NCBI GenBank assembly: GCA_963703345.1
Contig: OY969814.1
Coordinates: 1,152,001-1,216,000, forward strand
DNA: 64,000 nt
Origin: an uncultured Chloroflexia bacterium
GTDB taxonomy: Bacteria > Chloroflexota > Dehalococcoidia > DSTF01 > JALHUB01
Reading direction: 5' to 3'
How positions within the stretch are numbered: position 1 is the first letter of the stretch; each line of letters starts with the position of its first letter. Below, in pieces: positions 8,965-17,631 of this stretch. The position numbers and the translations under genes are program-made. Under the pieces are notes generated by a model, which did not search any database, had not been told where the DNA came from, and was given only the letters and a program-made list of their open reading frames with translations.

Positions 8965-10640
8965 GTCCGGAAGACGGCCCCTTCGGCGCGCCGCCGGATG
9001 ACCGCGGTCCCTTCGACGACCTGCTGCGCCCACAGCCGTCCGGCAGGCCGGCGGCCCCCGGCAGAGGCGGCATAGTCGCCCTGGCGATTCTCGTGTTGGG
9101 CGCGCTTCTCTTGGTGCTGGTCCTGCCTCCCATCTCGCTGCTGAGTCGCGGCGGTGGCGGCGGCAGCGGCAGCACGCCCAACATTAAGACGACGGCTCGA
9201 AAGGATATGCCGCAACTGCCGAAGGGACTGGAGGCGGTAAGCGCCTTCTATGACGTCTCGGTCTCCGGCCACATTCAGGGGCCGGAGACGATCACGTTGC
9301 AGCTAGCCGATACGATAAGCGACGGGCGGAATCTGTCCGCCTACACGCAGCAGAAGGGGGAATGGCGCCGACTCGGCGACGCGAGCCTGGGTGCCAGCGG
9401 TAGCGTCGTCGAAGCGAAAGTTGACGATATTCCGTCGAACATCGTAATCCTGAAGCGCGGCGCCTCCGCGCGACAGCTCATCGGCTATCTGCCCGCCGGT
9501 GCCAACATCAGCGTTACGGCGGCGCAGGCCCTCTCCGTCGTCGATCCGGTTGACTTCTCGCCGCAGTCCGATGGGTCGCTCGCTGGCAGCCCCACGTCGG
9601 CGTCGCTGCCGACCGGCCTGCCTGTGCGGCCGTGCATCCGCGCCAGCGGCTCCGACGGCGCGTCCGCGGTCAACGCCATCATGGCTTCGCCGGACCTGCG
9701 GGCCGAGCACGTGGACGCCATTCTAACGATGGTCGAGGCGGGCCACTACGACGGCGTCGAGATCGACTACGGTTCCATCGATCCCTTGCGCAAGGACGGT
9801 TTCAGCGAGTTCATCAGCAATCTAGCCGAGCAGCTCCACCGGCGGCGTCTCGTTCTGACGGTGACGGCGCCTCTGCCGGAGCAACAGGGCTCGGCCTGGA
9901 ACACCGGCGCCTACGACTGGGCGCGTCTCTCGCAGGTTGCCGACTTGATCGAGTTGGCGCCCGAGGCGGACCCTTCCGTCTACTATAAGAAGACGGAGGC
10001 GGCGCTCCAGTACCTCATCGATGACAGCAAGGTTGCACCCGCGAAGCTGGTCCTGCGGATCAACCCCCTCAGCGTGGAAAAGGGCGGCGAAGGGATCCGC
10101 TCCCTGACCGGGCTGGAGGCGCTGGCCATCGGCAGCGTGCTGTCGGCGGACAAGACGGACGGCGTTCGCCCCGGCGAGGCAGTCGAAGTTAAGGCCACGA
10201 ACATCGACACGGCAGACGGCGCCACAGGCATCGGTTGGGACGCCGAAGCTGAAGCGGTCTCCTTCGTCTACCCGGGCCTCGGCGGCGCCCGCACGGTTTG
10301 GCTGGAGAACGCCTTCAGCATCGCTTTCAAGCTGGAGATAACGCAGAGCTTCAATCTCGGCGGCATTGCCATCGAAGACGTTTCCGACTCTGTTGGCGGC
10401 GCTGACATCTGGCCGGTCATCGGGGGCTTCCTGGACAGCGGCAAGGCCTCGCTGGCCCGGCCGAACGGGTCGCTCCTCGTCCCGCAGTGGGAAGCCGATG
10501 GCGGCAGCCTGGAGAGCAAAGACACGGGCGCGGTCACCTGGGTGGCACCCGACGAGCCCGGCGAATATCATCTCACCCTCATCATCAGCGACGGCGTGGC
10601 CCGTATCGGCCAGCGCCTCGTCCTGACGGTCGGGTCCTGA
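8961..10640 (+). CDS. Membrane-anchored GH18-like protein, probably non-catalytic
   Basis: TM helix; GH18 barrel motifs HYDGVEIDYG, GAYDWARL, VWLENAFS, LGGIAI. Confidence 0.7.
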   Translation: MSPEDGPFGAPPDDRGPFDDLLRPQPSGRPAAPGRGGIVALAILVLGALLLVLVLPPISLLSRGGGGGSGSTPNIKTTARKDMPQLPKGLEAVSAFYDVSVSGHIQGPETITLQLADTISDGRNLSAYTQQKGEWRRLGDASLGASGSVVEAKVDDIPSNIVILKRGASARQLIGYLPAGANISVTAAQALSVVDPVDFSPQSDGSLAGSPTSASLPTGLPVRPCIRASGSDGASAVNAIMASPDLRAEHVDAILTMVEAGHYDGVEIDYGSIDPLRKDGFSEFISNLAEQLHRRRLVLTVTAPLPEQQGSAWNTGAYDWARLSQVADLIELAPEADPSVYYKKTEAALQYLIDDSKVAPAKLVLRINPLSVEKGGEGIRSLTGLEALAIGSVLSADKTDGVRPGEAVEVKATNIDTADGATGIGWDAEAEAVSFVYPGLGGARTVWLENAFSIAFKLEITQSFNLGGIAIEDVSDSVGGADIWPVIGGFLDSGKASLARPNGSLLVPQWEADGGSLESKDTGAVTWVAPDEPGEYHLTLIISDGVARIGQRLVLTVGS

Positions 10641-10697
10641 GTGCGACCGCGACCTCTCGATTCGGCTTAAAGCAGCACAAGGAGAGAAAGCGGAGCC

Positions 10698-11249
10698 GTG
10701 CGCGTGATTGCCGGGGCAGCCAGGGGCAGGCGCCTGAAGGGCGGCGGTGAGCGCGGCCTGCGCGCAACCTCCGACCTGGTTCGTGGCGCCGTGTTCGACA
10801 TCTTGCAGTCGATGGGCGGCGACTTGTCGCGCGTGCTCGACCTCTACGCCGGGACCGGTGCGCTTGGCATCGAGGCGCTGAGCCGCGGTGCCGGCTGGTG
10901 CGACTTCGTCGAGAAGGAGGCGCGCTTCTGCCGGGTCATCCACGAGAACCTGGAAGCGTCCGGCTTCGCCGAGAAGGCAGCAGTTTTCTGTCTTCCGGCG
11001 GAAAGGGTCTTGACGAAACTGAGCGGCGAGTATAGCCTCATTTTGGCTGATCCGCCCTATCAGGACGAGAAGGCAGACGCGGTGCTGGAAAGCGTCGCCG
11101 CCTCGTCGCTCGTAGGGCCGGAAACCGTCGTCGTGTTGGAGCACTCTAAGCGTAAGACGCCGCCGGACGCTCTCGGCAGTCTCAGCCTGGCGACGAGCCG
11201 GCGGCACGGAGACACGGTGATCTCCATCTATCGTTCAGGAGGCGGCTAG
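10698..11249 (+). CDS. rsmD: 16S rRNA m2G966 methyltransferase
   Basis: MRVIAGAARGRRL, LDLYAGTGALGIEALSRG, DPPY; rsmD-coaD synteny. Confidence 0.95.
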   Translation: MRVIAGAARGRRLKGGGERGLRATSDLVRGAVFDILQSMGGDLSRVLDLYAGTGALGIEALSRGAGWCDFVEKEARFCRVIHENLEASGFAEKAAVFCLPAERVLTKLSGEYSLILADPPYQDEKADAVLESVAASSLVGPETVVVLEHSKRKTPPDALGSLSLATSRRHGDTVISIYRSGGG

Positions 11250-11755
11250 TGGTTATCGCCATGTACCCGGGCCGGTTCGACCCCGTTACGAACGGCCATC
11301 TCGACATCGTGCGCCGCGCGGCGTCCATGTTCGACCGTGTCGTCGTGGCAGTCTTCGATATGAAGAACCACGACGTGCTCTTCTCGACCGCTGAGCGAGT
11401 AGAGTTGTTCCGGGCGGCCGTGCGTGATCTGCCGTCGGTGAGCGTCGAGCCGTTCAGCGGGCTGACGGTGGCATTTGCTCGCGAGCAGGGCGCGACGGTG
11501 CTGGTGCGCGGAATTCGCGCCGTCACCGGCTTCGAGACCGAGTTCGACATGGCTCTGATGAACAAGAAGATCGCGCCCGAGATCGAGTCGGTCTATCTCA
11601 TGGCTAGTCTCGACCACCTTTTCATTAGCGGGACGCGAATCCGCGAAGTGGCCCGCCTTGGCTACAATGTCGCGGACCTGGTGCCGGCGCACGTTTCCCA
11701 GGCGCTGACCGAGAAGATCTTCGGCATGGCTAGGCCTGCTTCGCGCGGAGGTTGA
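11249..11755 (+). CDS. coaD: Pantetheine-phosphate adenylyltransferase
   Basis: YPGRFDPVTNGHLD, LVRGIR, ISGTRIRE. Confidence 0.96.
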   Translation: MVIAMYPGRFDPVTNGHLDIVRRAASMFDRVVVAVFDMKNHDVLFSTAERVELFRAAVRDLPSVSVEPFSGLTVAFAREQGATVLVRGIRAVTGFETEFDMALMNKKIAPEIESVYLMASLDHLFISGTRIREVARLGYNVADLVPAHVSQALTEKIFGMARPASRGG

Positions 11756-11758
11756 GCT

Positions 11759-12286
11759 ATCGACATTCTGTATCTCATCGACCGTCTGGAGGAACTGGTC
11801 GCGGAAGGCACCAAGCTGCCCATCGGCGGCCGCGTCGCTATCGACCGGCGCCGGCTCCTCGATCTGATCGACCAGATGCGGGTGGCTGCTCCGATGGAGC
11901 TGCGGGAGGCGCAGGAGCTCCTGGCGCAGAAGGACGACCTGCTGCTTAAGGCGCGCGAGGAGTCGCAGCATCTGGTGGCGCAGGCGCAGGAAGATGTTGA
12001 GTCGCGTCTGACGGACAACGGGCTCGTCAAGGCGGCGGAAGTGAAGGCGGCGGAGATCATTCAGGAAGCGGAGCGGCAAGCGGAAGCAATGCTGCGGGAA
12101 ACGGAGGAGCGGATCCGGACGCGCTTCGGTGCGGCGGAGACGGTGGCGGCGCAGCAGATGGAGGAGGCGGACCGCTATACGCTGGAGATGCTGCGGAAGC
12201 TGGAATCGCAGCTATCGGCGTTCCTGGGCAGTGTGCGCGCCGGCGTCGACAGCATGGAGAACAAGGCGCAGGAGCGCGTCCGCTAG
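11759..12286 (+). CDS. Conserved coiled-coil protein downstream of coaD (DivIVA/ATPase-b-like annotation); probable ATC start
   Basis: Frame reads IDILYLIDRLEELVAEG...LLDLIDQMR from ATC 11759, 6 nt after GGAGGT; the first in-frame ATG is at 11876. Confidence 0.75.
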   Translation: MDILYLIDRLEELVAEGTKLPIGGRVAIDRRRLLDLIDQMRVAAPMELREAQELLAQKDDLLLKAREESQHLVAQAQEDVESRLTDNGLVKAAEVKAAEIIQEAERQAEAMLRETEERIRTRFGAAETVAAQQMEEADRYTLEMLRKLESQLSAFLGSVRAGVDSMENKAQERVR

Positions 12287-12343
12287 GCGCTCACGACGCC
12301 GCGTCGAGATCCATGGGACGTTCGATTCCCCGAAGCTCCGTGC

Positions 12344-12386
12344 GCTGATCGCGTTCTCGTTGCGCTCCTCGCTTCGCTCGTCGCGC
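12344..12386 (+). repeat. Family-2 repeat, 3' module
   Basis: GCTGATCGCGTTCTCGTTGCGCTCCTCGCTTCGCTCGTCGCGC, near-identical to 60003-60046; lies between convergent genes. Confidence 0.85.
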
Positions 12387-12406
12387 CGAAACGGCGACGC
12401 GTCGTC

Positions 12407-14878
12407 TTAGTGGACAACCACGTTCACCAGCCGCCCCGGCACGTAGACGACCTTCGCGATCGACTTCCCCCCTACGTACGGCTGCACCTTCGCGCTCGAT
12501 AGCGCCAGCTCCTTCGCCTGCTCCTCGCTGACGTTGACAGGCGCCAGGATGCGGTCGCGCACCTTGCCGTTCACCTGCACCACCAGCGTGATCTCCTCCT
12601 CGGCGGCAAGCTTCGCGTCCCACTCCGGCCAGCGCTGGTTGTGGATGCTGTAGGCGTTGCCCGTGCGCTGCCACAGCTCCTCTGCCAGATGCGGCGCCGA
12701 CGGCGCGAGCAGCAGCATCAGCGACGACATCGCTTCTCGCCAACCCGCCTCGTCGACAGGGCCGCTCTCCCTGAGCCGCGCCAGGTAGTTCGTGTACTCC
12801 ATCAGCGCTGCGACCATCGTGTTGAAGCGGAAGCGCTCCACGTCCTCCGTCACCCTGCGGATCGTCTTGTGTGTCATCCGGCGCAGCTCGCGCACCTGCG
12901 ACGCCTCCGCCTGCCTGCCGGTAGGCATGGCCTGCCGCGTCGTGTCCGCCGGCGACAGCACCAGGTTCCAGACGCGATTCAGCCAGCGCGAGATGCCCGC
13001 GAGGCCGGAGTCGTCCCATTCGCCGCCCTGGTCCCACGGCCCGATGAACATGAGGTAGACGCGCACCGCGTCGGCGCCCTGCCGCGACACGTAGTCGTCC
13101 GGCGCCACGACGTTGCCGCGCGATTTGCTCATCTTCGCCTTGCCCGCGATTATCGTCCCCTGGTTGAACAGGCGCGTGAACGGCTCTCGGAAGTCCACCA
13201 CGCCCAGATCGCGCGCCGCCCGGGCAAAGAATCGCGAGTAAAGCAGGTGCATCACCGCATGCTCCGCGCCGCCCGTGTACTGGTCGACGGGCAGCCACTT
13301 ATGCGCCAGTTCCCGCGATACCACCTGCTCGCGATCATGCGGATCGACGTAGCGGTACATATACCAGCTCGAGCAGACGAAGGTGTCCATCGTGTCCGTC
13401 TCGCGACGGGACGGCTCGCCGCAGATCGGGCAGGCGGCGTTCACGAAGCCCTGATGACGCGCCAGCGGCGATTCCCCCGTGGGCTTGAACTCGGCGTCCT
13501 GCGGCAAGAGCACCGGCAGGTCTTTCTCCGGCACCGGCACCTCGCCGTGCTTCTCGCAGTGGATGATCGGAATCGGCGCGCCCCAGTAGCGCTGCCGCGA
13601 CAGCAACCAGTCGCGGATGCGATAGTTGACGGTCGGCCCGCCCCAGCCGCGCTCCTCCAGGTGCTTCGTCACCGCCGCCTTGCCCTCCTCGTTGGGCAGG
13701 ACGTCGAACGGTCCGGAGTTCACCATCGCGCCGGGCTCGACGTACGCCTCCGTCAGCGGCTCGCCCTTCCAGTCGGGGGGGGCGATGACGACGCGGATGG
13801 GAATGCCGTACTTTTGCGCGAACTCGAAGTCGCGCTGGTCATGCGCCGGCACGCCCATGACGATGCCCGTGCCGTAGGTCAGCAGCACGTAGTCGGCGAT
13901 GAGGATGGGCACGTTCTCGCCGTTCAGCAGGTTCGTGCAGTAGGCGCCCGTGAAGACGCCCGTCTTCTCCCGCTCCGTCGATAGCCGCTCGATCTCCGTC
14001 GCGCGACGGCTCCGCTCGACGTACTCGTTCACCTCCGCCCGGTGCTCCGGCGTCGTTATGTGCGGCACCAGCGGATGCTCCGGCGCCATCACCATGAAGG
14101 TGACGCCGTAGATCGTGTCCGGCCGAGTCGTGAAGACGCGGATCTGATTGTTGTCGACCTCCGGCGATTGGAGGCCGAAGGCGATCATCGTTCCCTCGCT
14201 GCGGCCGATCCAGTTACGCTGCATCGTGACGATCCGCTCTGGCCATTCGATCTCGCTGAAGTCCAGCAGATCGTCGGCGTAGCGCGTGATGCGGAAGAAC
14301 CACTGCGCCAGGTTCCGGCGCGTCACCGGCGTGTGGCAGCGCTCGCAGGTGCCGTCCGGCAAGACCTGCTCGTTGGCCAGCACCGTCTGACAGGAAGGAC
14401 ACCAGTTGGCGGGCGCCAGCGCGCGATAGGCGAGGTCGTTCTTATAGAGCTGGAGGAACCACCACTGCGTCCACTTATAGTATTCGGGGTCCGAAGTGAC
14501 CACCTCGCGCGACCAGTCGAATATCGCCCCCATCGACTTGAGCTGACGCCGCATGTTCTCGATGTTGCGGGCCGTCCAGACGTAAGGGTGGGTCTGCAGC
14601 TTGATAGCGGCGTTCTCCGCCGGCAGACCGAACGAGTCGAAGCCCATGGGGAAGAGGACGTTGTAGCCGCGCATTCGCTTGTAGCGCGCCTGAACGTCGG
14701 AAGGCGCCATGGCGTACCAGTGGCCGACGTGAAGGTCGCCGGAGGTGTAGGGGAACATGGTGAGCGCGTACCACTTCGGGCGCGGGTCGTCGTCCGGCGT
14801 GCGATACAGCTCGTCGGCTTCCCAGCGCGCCTGCCACTTCCGCTCGATCTCCGGCGGATTGTACCTATCTTCCGTCAT
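12407..14878 (-). CDS. leuS: Leucine--tRNA ligase
   Basis: MFPYTSGDLHVGH, KMSKS, VVQVNGKVR. Confidence 0.98.
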   Translation of the reverse strand: MTEDRYNPPEIERKWQARWEADELYRTPDDDPRPKWYALTMFPYTSGDLHVGHWYAMAPSDVQARYKRMRGYNVLFPMGFDSFGLPAENAAIKLQTHPYVWTARNIENMRRQLKSMGAIFDWSREVVTSDPEYYKWTQWWFLQLYKNDLAYRALAPANWCPSCQTVLANEQVLPDGTCERCHTPVTRRNLAQWFFRITRYADDLLDFSEIEWPERIVTMQRNWIGRSEGTMIAFGLQSPEVDNNQIRVFTTRPDTIYGVTFMVMAPEHPLVPHITTPEHRAEVNEYVERSRRATEIERLSTEREKTGVFTGAYCTNLLNGENVPILIADYVLLTYGTGIVMGVPAHDQRDFEFAQKYGIPIRVVIAPPDWKGEPLTEAYVEPGAMVNSGPFDVLPNEEGKAAVTKHLEERGWGGPTVNYRIRDWLLSRQRYWGAPIPIIHCEKHGEVPVPEKDLPVLLPQDAEFKPTGESPLARHQGFVNAACPICGEPSRRETDTMDTFVCSSWYMYRYVDPHDREQVVSRELAHKWLPVDQYTGGAEHAVMHLLYSRFFARAARDLGVVDFREPFTRLFNQGTIIAGKAKMSKSRGNVVAPDDYVSRQGADAVRVYLMFIGPWDQGGEWDDSGLAGISRWLNRVWNLVLSPADTTRQAMPTGRQAEASQVRELRRMTHKTIRRVTEDVERFRFNTMVAALMEYTNYLARLRESGPVDEAGWREAMSSLMLLLAPSAPHLAEELWQRTGNAYSIHNQRWPEWDAKLAAEEEITLVVQVNGKVRDRILAPVNVSEEQAKELALSSAKVQPYVGGKSIAKVVYVPGRLVNVVVH

Positions 14879-15344
14879 TGTGGTCCCTCTTCGTCTCTTC
14901 GGGCTCGCGTTCTATCAGCAGCGGCACGTGCCTCTCCAGGAAGTCGTCGATTGCCTGTACGACCGGTCGCGCCTCCAGCAGCAGGAAGATGAGCAGCGAT
15001 CCGAGGAGCGCCGCCCAGTAGAGATGCCTCCCCACCGCCATGCCGATCGCCGCCGCCGACCAGACCGTCGCCGCCGTCGTGATGCCCTTTATCGTGTAGC
15101 CTTCGCGGAAGATGACGCCCGCGCCCAGGAAACCCACGCCGGTCACGATGCCCGCGGCGGTGCGGTCTTCGCCGCGGGTCAATACCGATATCTCCGTGAA
15201 CAGCGACGCGCCGAGGGCGACCAGCGCCATCGTTCGGACGCCGGCCGGGTAGCCGCGCAGCTCCCGCTCGATGCCGATGAACCCGCCGAGCATCGCCGCC
15301 AGCAGCATCCTCAGGAAGATCGCCAGTTGGTCAACCGCGTCCAT
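14865..15344 (-). CDS. MgtC/SapB family membrane protein
   Basis: IGIERE, AGVRT, IVTGVGFLGAGVI, GITTAATVW. Confidence 0.92.
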   Translation of the reverse strand: MDAVDQLAIFLRMLLAAMLGGFIGIERELRGYPAGVRTMALVALGASLFTEISVLTRGEDRTAAGIVTGVGFLGAGVIFREGYTIKGITTAATVWSAAAIGMAVGRHLYWAALLGSLLIFLLLEARPVVQAIDDFLERHVPLLIEREPEETKRDHNDGR

Positions 15345-15450
15345 ATATTCGCCGATAGCTGAAAGCCCCCCGCCCACAGGAACGGAGGGCTGCTCTGCGG
15401 TGCGACCGCTTCCCGATCCTTCGTGGGAAGGATACGCGCTCAGGGGGAAT

Positions 15451-15526
15451 TGGTGGAGCTGGGGGGATTCGAACCCCCTACCTACTGCCTGCCAGGCAGT
15501 CGCTCTCCCGATTGAGCTACAGCCCC
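15451..15526 (-). tRNA. tRNA-Ala(GGC)
   Basis: GGGGCTG/CAGCTCC acceptor with G3:U70, anticodon arm ACTGC-CTGGCAG-GCAGT, encoded CCA. Confidence 0.96.
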
Positions 15527-15628
15527 ATTCCCGAACCTCAGTTTAGCGAAGAAACGCTGCCATCGCAAGCACGAAACGGCAAAGCAAGGGCTGCTACACT
15601 TGATGCCTCGTCGAGTTGCGCAACCACC

Positions 15629-15718
15629 GGGAGTCCAGAGGGGCGGAGCCCCTTTGGCGGGGGCGACAGGGGGTGTCCCCCTTGATTCGTTGTGCAACGT
15701 GGCTGGATAGGTGGAAAA
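15629..15718 (+). repeat. Family-1 repeat, degenerate ORF-less copy
   Basis: CCAGAGGGGC-gga-GCCCCTTTGG CGGGGG..CAGGGGG-TGT-CCCCCTTGATTC; the G tract is decayed. Confidence 0.7.
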
Positions 15719-15781
15719 CAAGAACGATCTTTCCCATCACCCTCTCACGCCATGTGGATGTCTCTGCGATTCGCCGGTGTC

Positions 15782-16310
15782 GAGGAATTGCAAAGGGATT
15801 CCTCCCTTTGCCGGGGTTTCAAAGGGGTGTCCCCTTTGAGATTCATGTAAACCTTCCTGGGCGGGTGGGCGGGAAGCACACCATTCATCAGTCCGAAGCG
15901 GCAGCCCCGCGGGGGGCCGGGCTGACGTCGGAAGCCCGCTGCCAGGCGAAAGGACTTCAATGCCACGCGGAGGACGACGCCCCGGCGCAGCCGAAGGCTC
16001 GCCTAGGAGAGGAGCCCCGAAGGGCAACCTCAACGCCCTGAAGACCGGCGCCTACTCTCGACAGCTCAAGGCCGCCATCAGCGCCCTGCTCGACCACCAC
16101 GAAACCCGGCCTGTCCTCCTCGCCATCCTTGAGCAGAAGCGACGCGACCGGCTCCGCTTTCAAGCGCTCATGATCGTCAGCGCCAGGCTCCTCCAGAATG
16201 GTCGGCTTTCAGCCACAATTCGACGCAAATTAGAGCAATATCTTGAATCTGAATGTGCACACATCGAATCTGGAAAAAACGCGAAAAAACAGTTGAATTC
16301 AATGGTCAAT
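15782..16310 (+). mobile_element. Family-1 composite element, copy A (structured leader + small ORF + palindromic end)
   Basis: Colinear homology with 31665-32217 (minus) through leader, ORF and TTGAATTCAATGGTCAAT end; flanks unrelated. Mobility is inferred, not shown. Confidence 0.6.
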
Positions 16311-16328
16311 CAAAGCTGGCCCGCTTGA
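15960..16328 (+). CDS. Small basic protein with GAPKGNLNALKTGxYS motif (HGGxSTG/terminase-small-subunit-like motif)
   Basis: AAAGGA SD; paralog at 31684-32037 with synonymous-type differences. Confidence 0.75.
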   Translation: MPRGGRRPGAAEGSPRRGAPKGNLNALKTGAYSRQLKAAISALLDHHETRPVLLAILEQKRRDRLRFQALMIVSARLLQNGRLSATIRRKLEQYLESECAHIESGKNAKKQLNSMVNQSWPA

Positions 16329-16392
16329 CACCGGTCGCCGCGCTGCCCCATCATCGCCTCGCAGCCCGATTCCATCGCCGGAGGCCCGCAGC

Positions 16393-17583
16393 ATGATGCC
16401 GCTCGAAGGAATACGCGTCCTCGATCTCTCCCGCCTGGCGCCCGGCCCCTTCTGCACGATGCTCCTCGCCGACCTCGGCGCCGACGTCATCGTCGTCGAA
16501 GCGCCGCCCGACAGCCTGCGCAGCGGCCTGCGCATCGAGCAGGTCATCGACGCCAACGTCCTCGTACGCGGCGCCGCCTACAACGCCCTCGGACGCAACA
16601 AGCGCAGCATCGTCCTCGACTTGAGGCAGGATGCCGCCCGACAGGTCTTCTACCGGCTCGCCGCCACCGCCGACGTTGTCCTCGAAGGCTTCCGACCCGG
16701 CGTCGTCAAGCGCCTGGGCGTCGCCTACGACACGCTGGCCGCCCTGAATTCACGCCTCGTCTACTGCTCCCTCTCCGGCTACGGCCAGGACGGCCCCTAC
16801 GCCGCGCTTCCTGGCCACGACATCAACTACATCGCCCTTACCGGCATGCTCGACATGGTGGGCTGGCCGGGCGAGCCGCCGGCAATCCCCCTCAACGTCG
16901 TCGCCGACTACGCCGCCGGCGGGCTGCACGCCGCTTACGCCATCCTTGCGGCGCTCCTGGCGCGCGACAAGACGGGTCGCGGCCAGTACCTCGACATCGC
17001 CATGTCCGACGGCGTCATGTACTTGCTGGCCGCCGCGCTGTCGCAGTACCTGGCGAGCGGCGCGGTGACGCGTCGCGGCGAAGGCATGTTAAACGGCGGC
17101 GTGCCCTACTACAACGTCTACCAGACGAAGGACGGCGGCTGGCTGGCGGTCGGCTGCCTCGAGGCGCACTTCTTCGCCAACTTGTGTCACGCCCTCGGCT
17201 GCGACGACCTGGCGCCCTTCCAGTACGACGCCTCGCACCACGACGAGGTCTTCCGTCGCCTGCGCGAGCGCTTCCTGATGAAGACGCGCGACGAGTGGTT
17301 CGAGCTGCTGAAGGACGCCGACGCCTGCGTCACGCCTGTCTACTCGCTGGCAGAGGCCGTCGCCGACCGGCACAGCGAGGAGCGCGGAATGGTGGTCGAA
17401 GTGGAGCACCCCACGCTGGGGAAGGTGCGCCAGGTGGGAATAGCGACGAAGCTTTCGGAGACACCGGGTCGCGTGCGCGCAACAACACCCCGTCCCGGCC
17501 AGCACACAGACGAAGTACTATCGCAGGCAGGACTGAGCGCGACCGAGATCGCCTCGCTCAGGCAGGCAGGCGCCGTAGCCTAG
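16393..17583 (+). CDS. Class III CoA-transferase (CaiB/BaiF, AMACR-like)
   Basis: LSRLAPGPF, GRNKRSIVLDL, EGFRPGV, GHDINY, ADYAAG. Confidence 0.93.
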   Translation: MMPLEGIRVLDLSRLAPGPFCTMLLADLGADVIVVEAPPDSLRSGLRIEQVIDANVLVRGAAYNALGRNKRSIVLDLRQDAARQVFYRLAATADVVLEGFRPGVVKRLGVAYDTLAALNSRLVYCSLSGYGQDGPYAALPGHDINYIALTGMLDMVGWPGEPPAIPLNVVADYAAGGLHAAYAILAALLARDKTGRGQYLDIAMSDGVMYLLAAALSQYLASGAVTRRGEGMLNGGVPYYNVYQTKDGGWLAVGCLEAHFFANLCHALGCDDLAPFQYDASHHDEVFRRLRERFLMKTRDEWFELLKDADACVTPVYSLAEAVADRHSEERGMVVEVEHPTLGKVRQVGIATKLSETPGRVRATTPRPGQHTDEVLSQAGLSATEIASLRQAGAVA

Positions 17584-17631
17584 CGAGCGCTGGCGCTGTC
17601 GCCTTTCGATGTCCTCTCGGCTAGTCCGCCT

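Noticed and set aside
9822-11207. Long antisense or alternative-frame ORFs (also 12641-13984, 34010-35356, 38287-39513, 57220-58812 and others)
   Set aside because: Shadow ORFs expected in high-GC DNA; they overlap well-supported genes and show no recognisable motifs.
11753-11755. Selenocysteine or recoding at in-frame TGA junctions (coaD 11753; GT1 40849)
   Set aside because: Both upstream proteins are complete, the TGA is not at a Cys-like site, and each downstream frame has its own SD with a near-cognate start; TGA is a normal stop elsewhere in the window.
15451-16330. tRNA-Ala as an integration site for element A
   Set aside because: The element lies on the 5' side of the tRNA; no duplicated tRNA 3' end and no integrase were seen.
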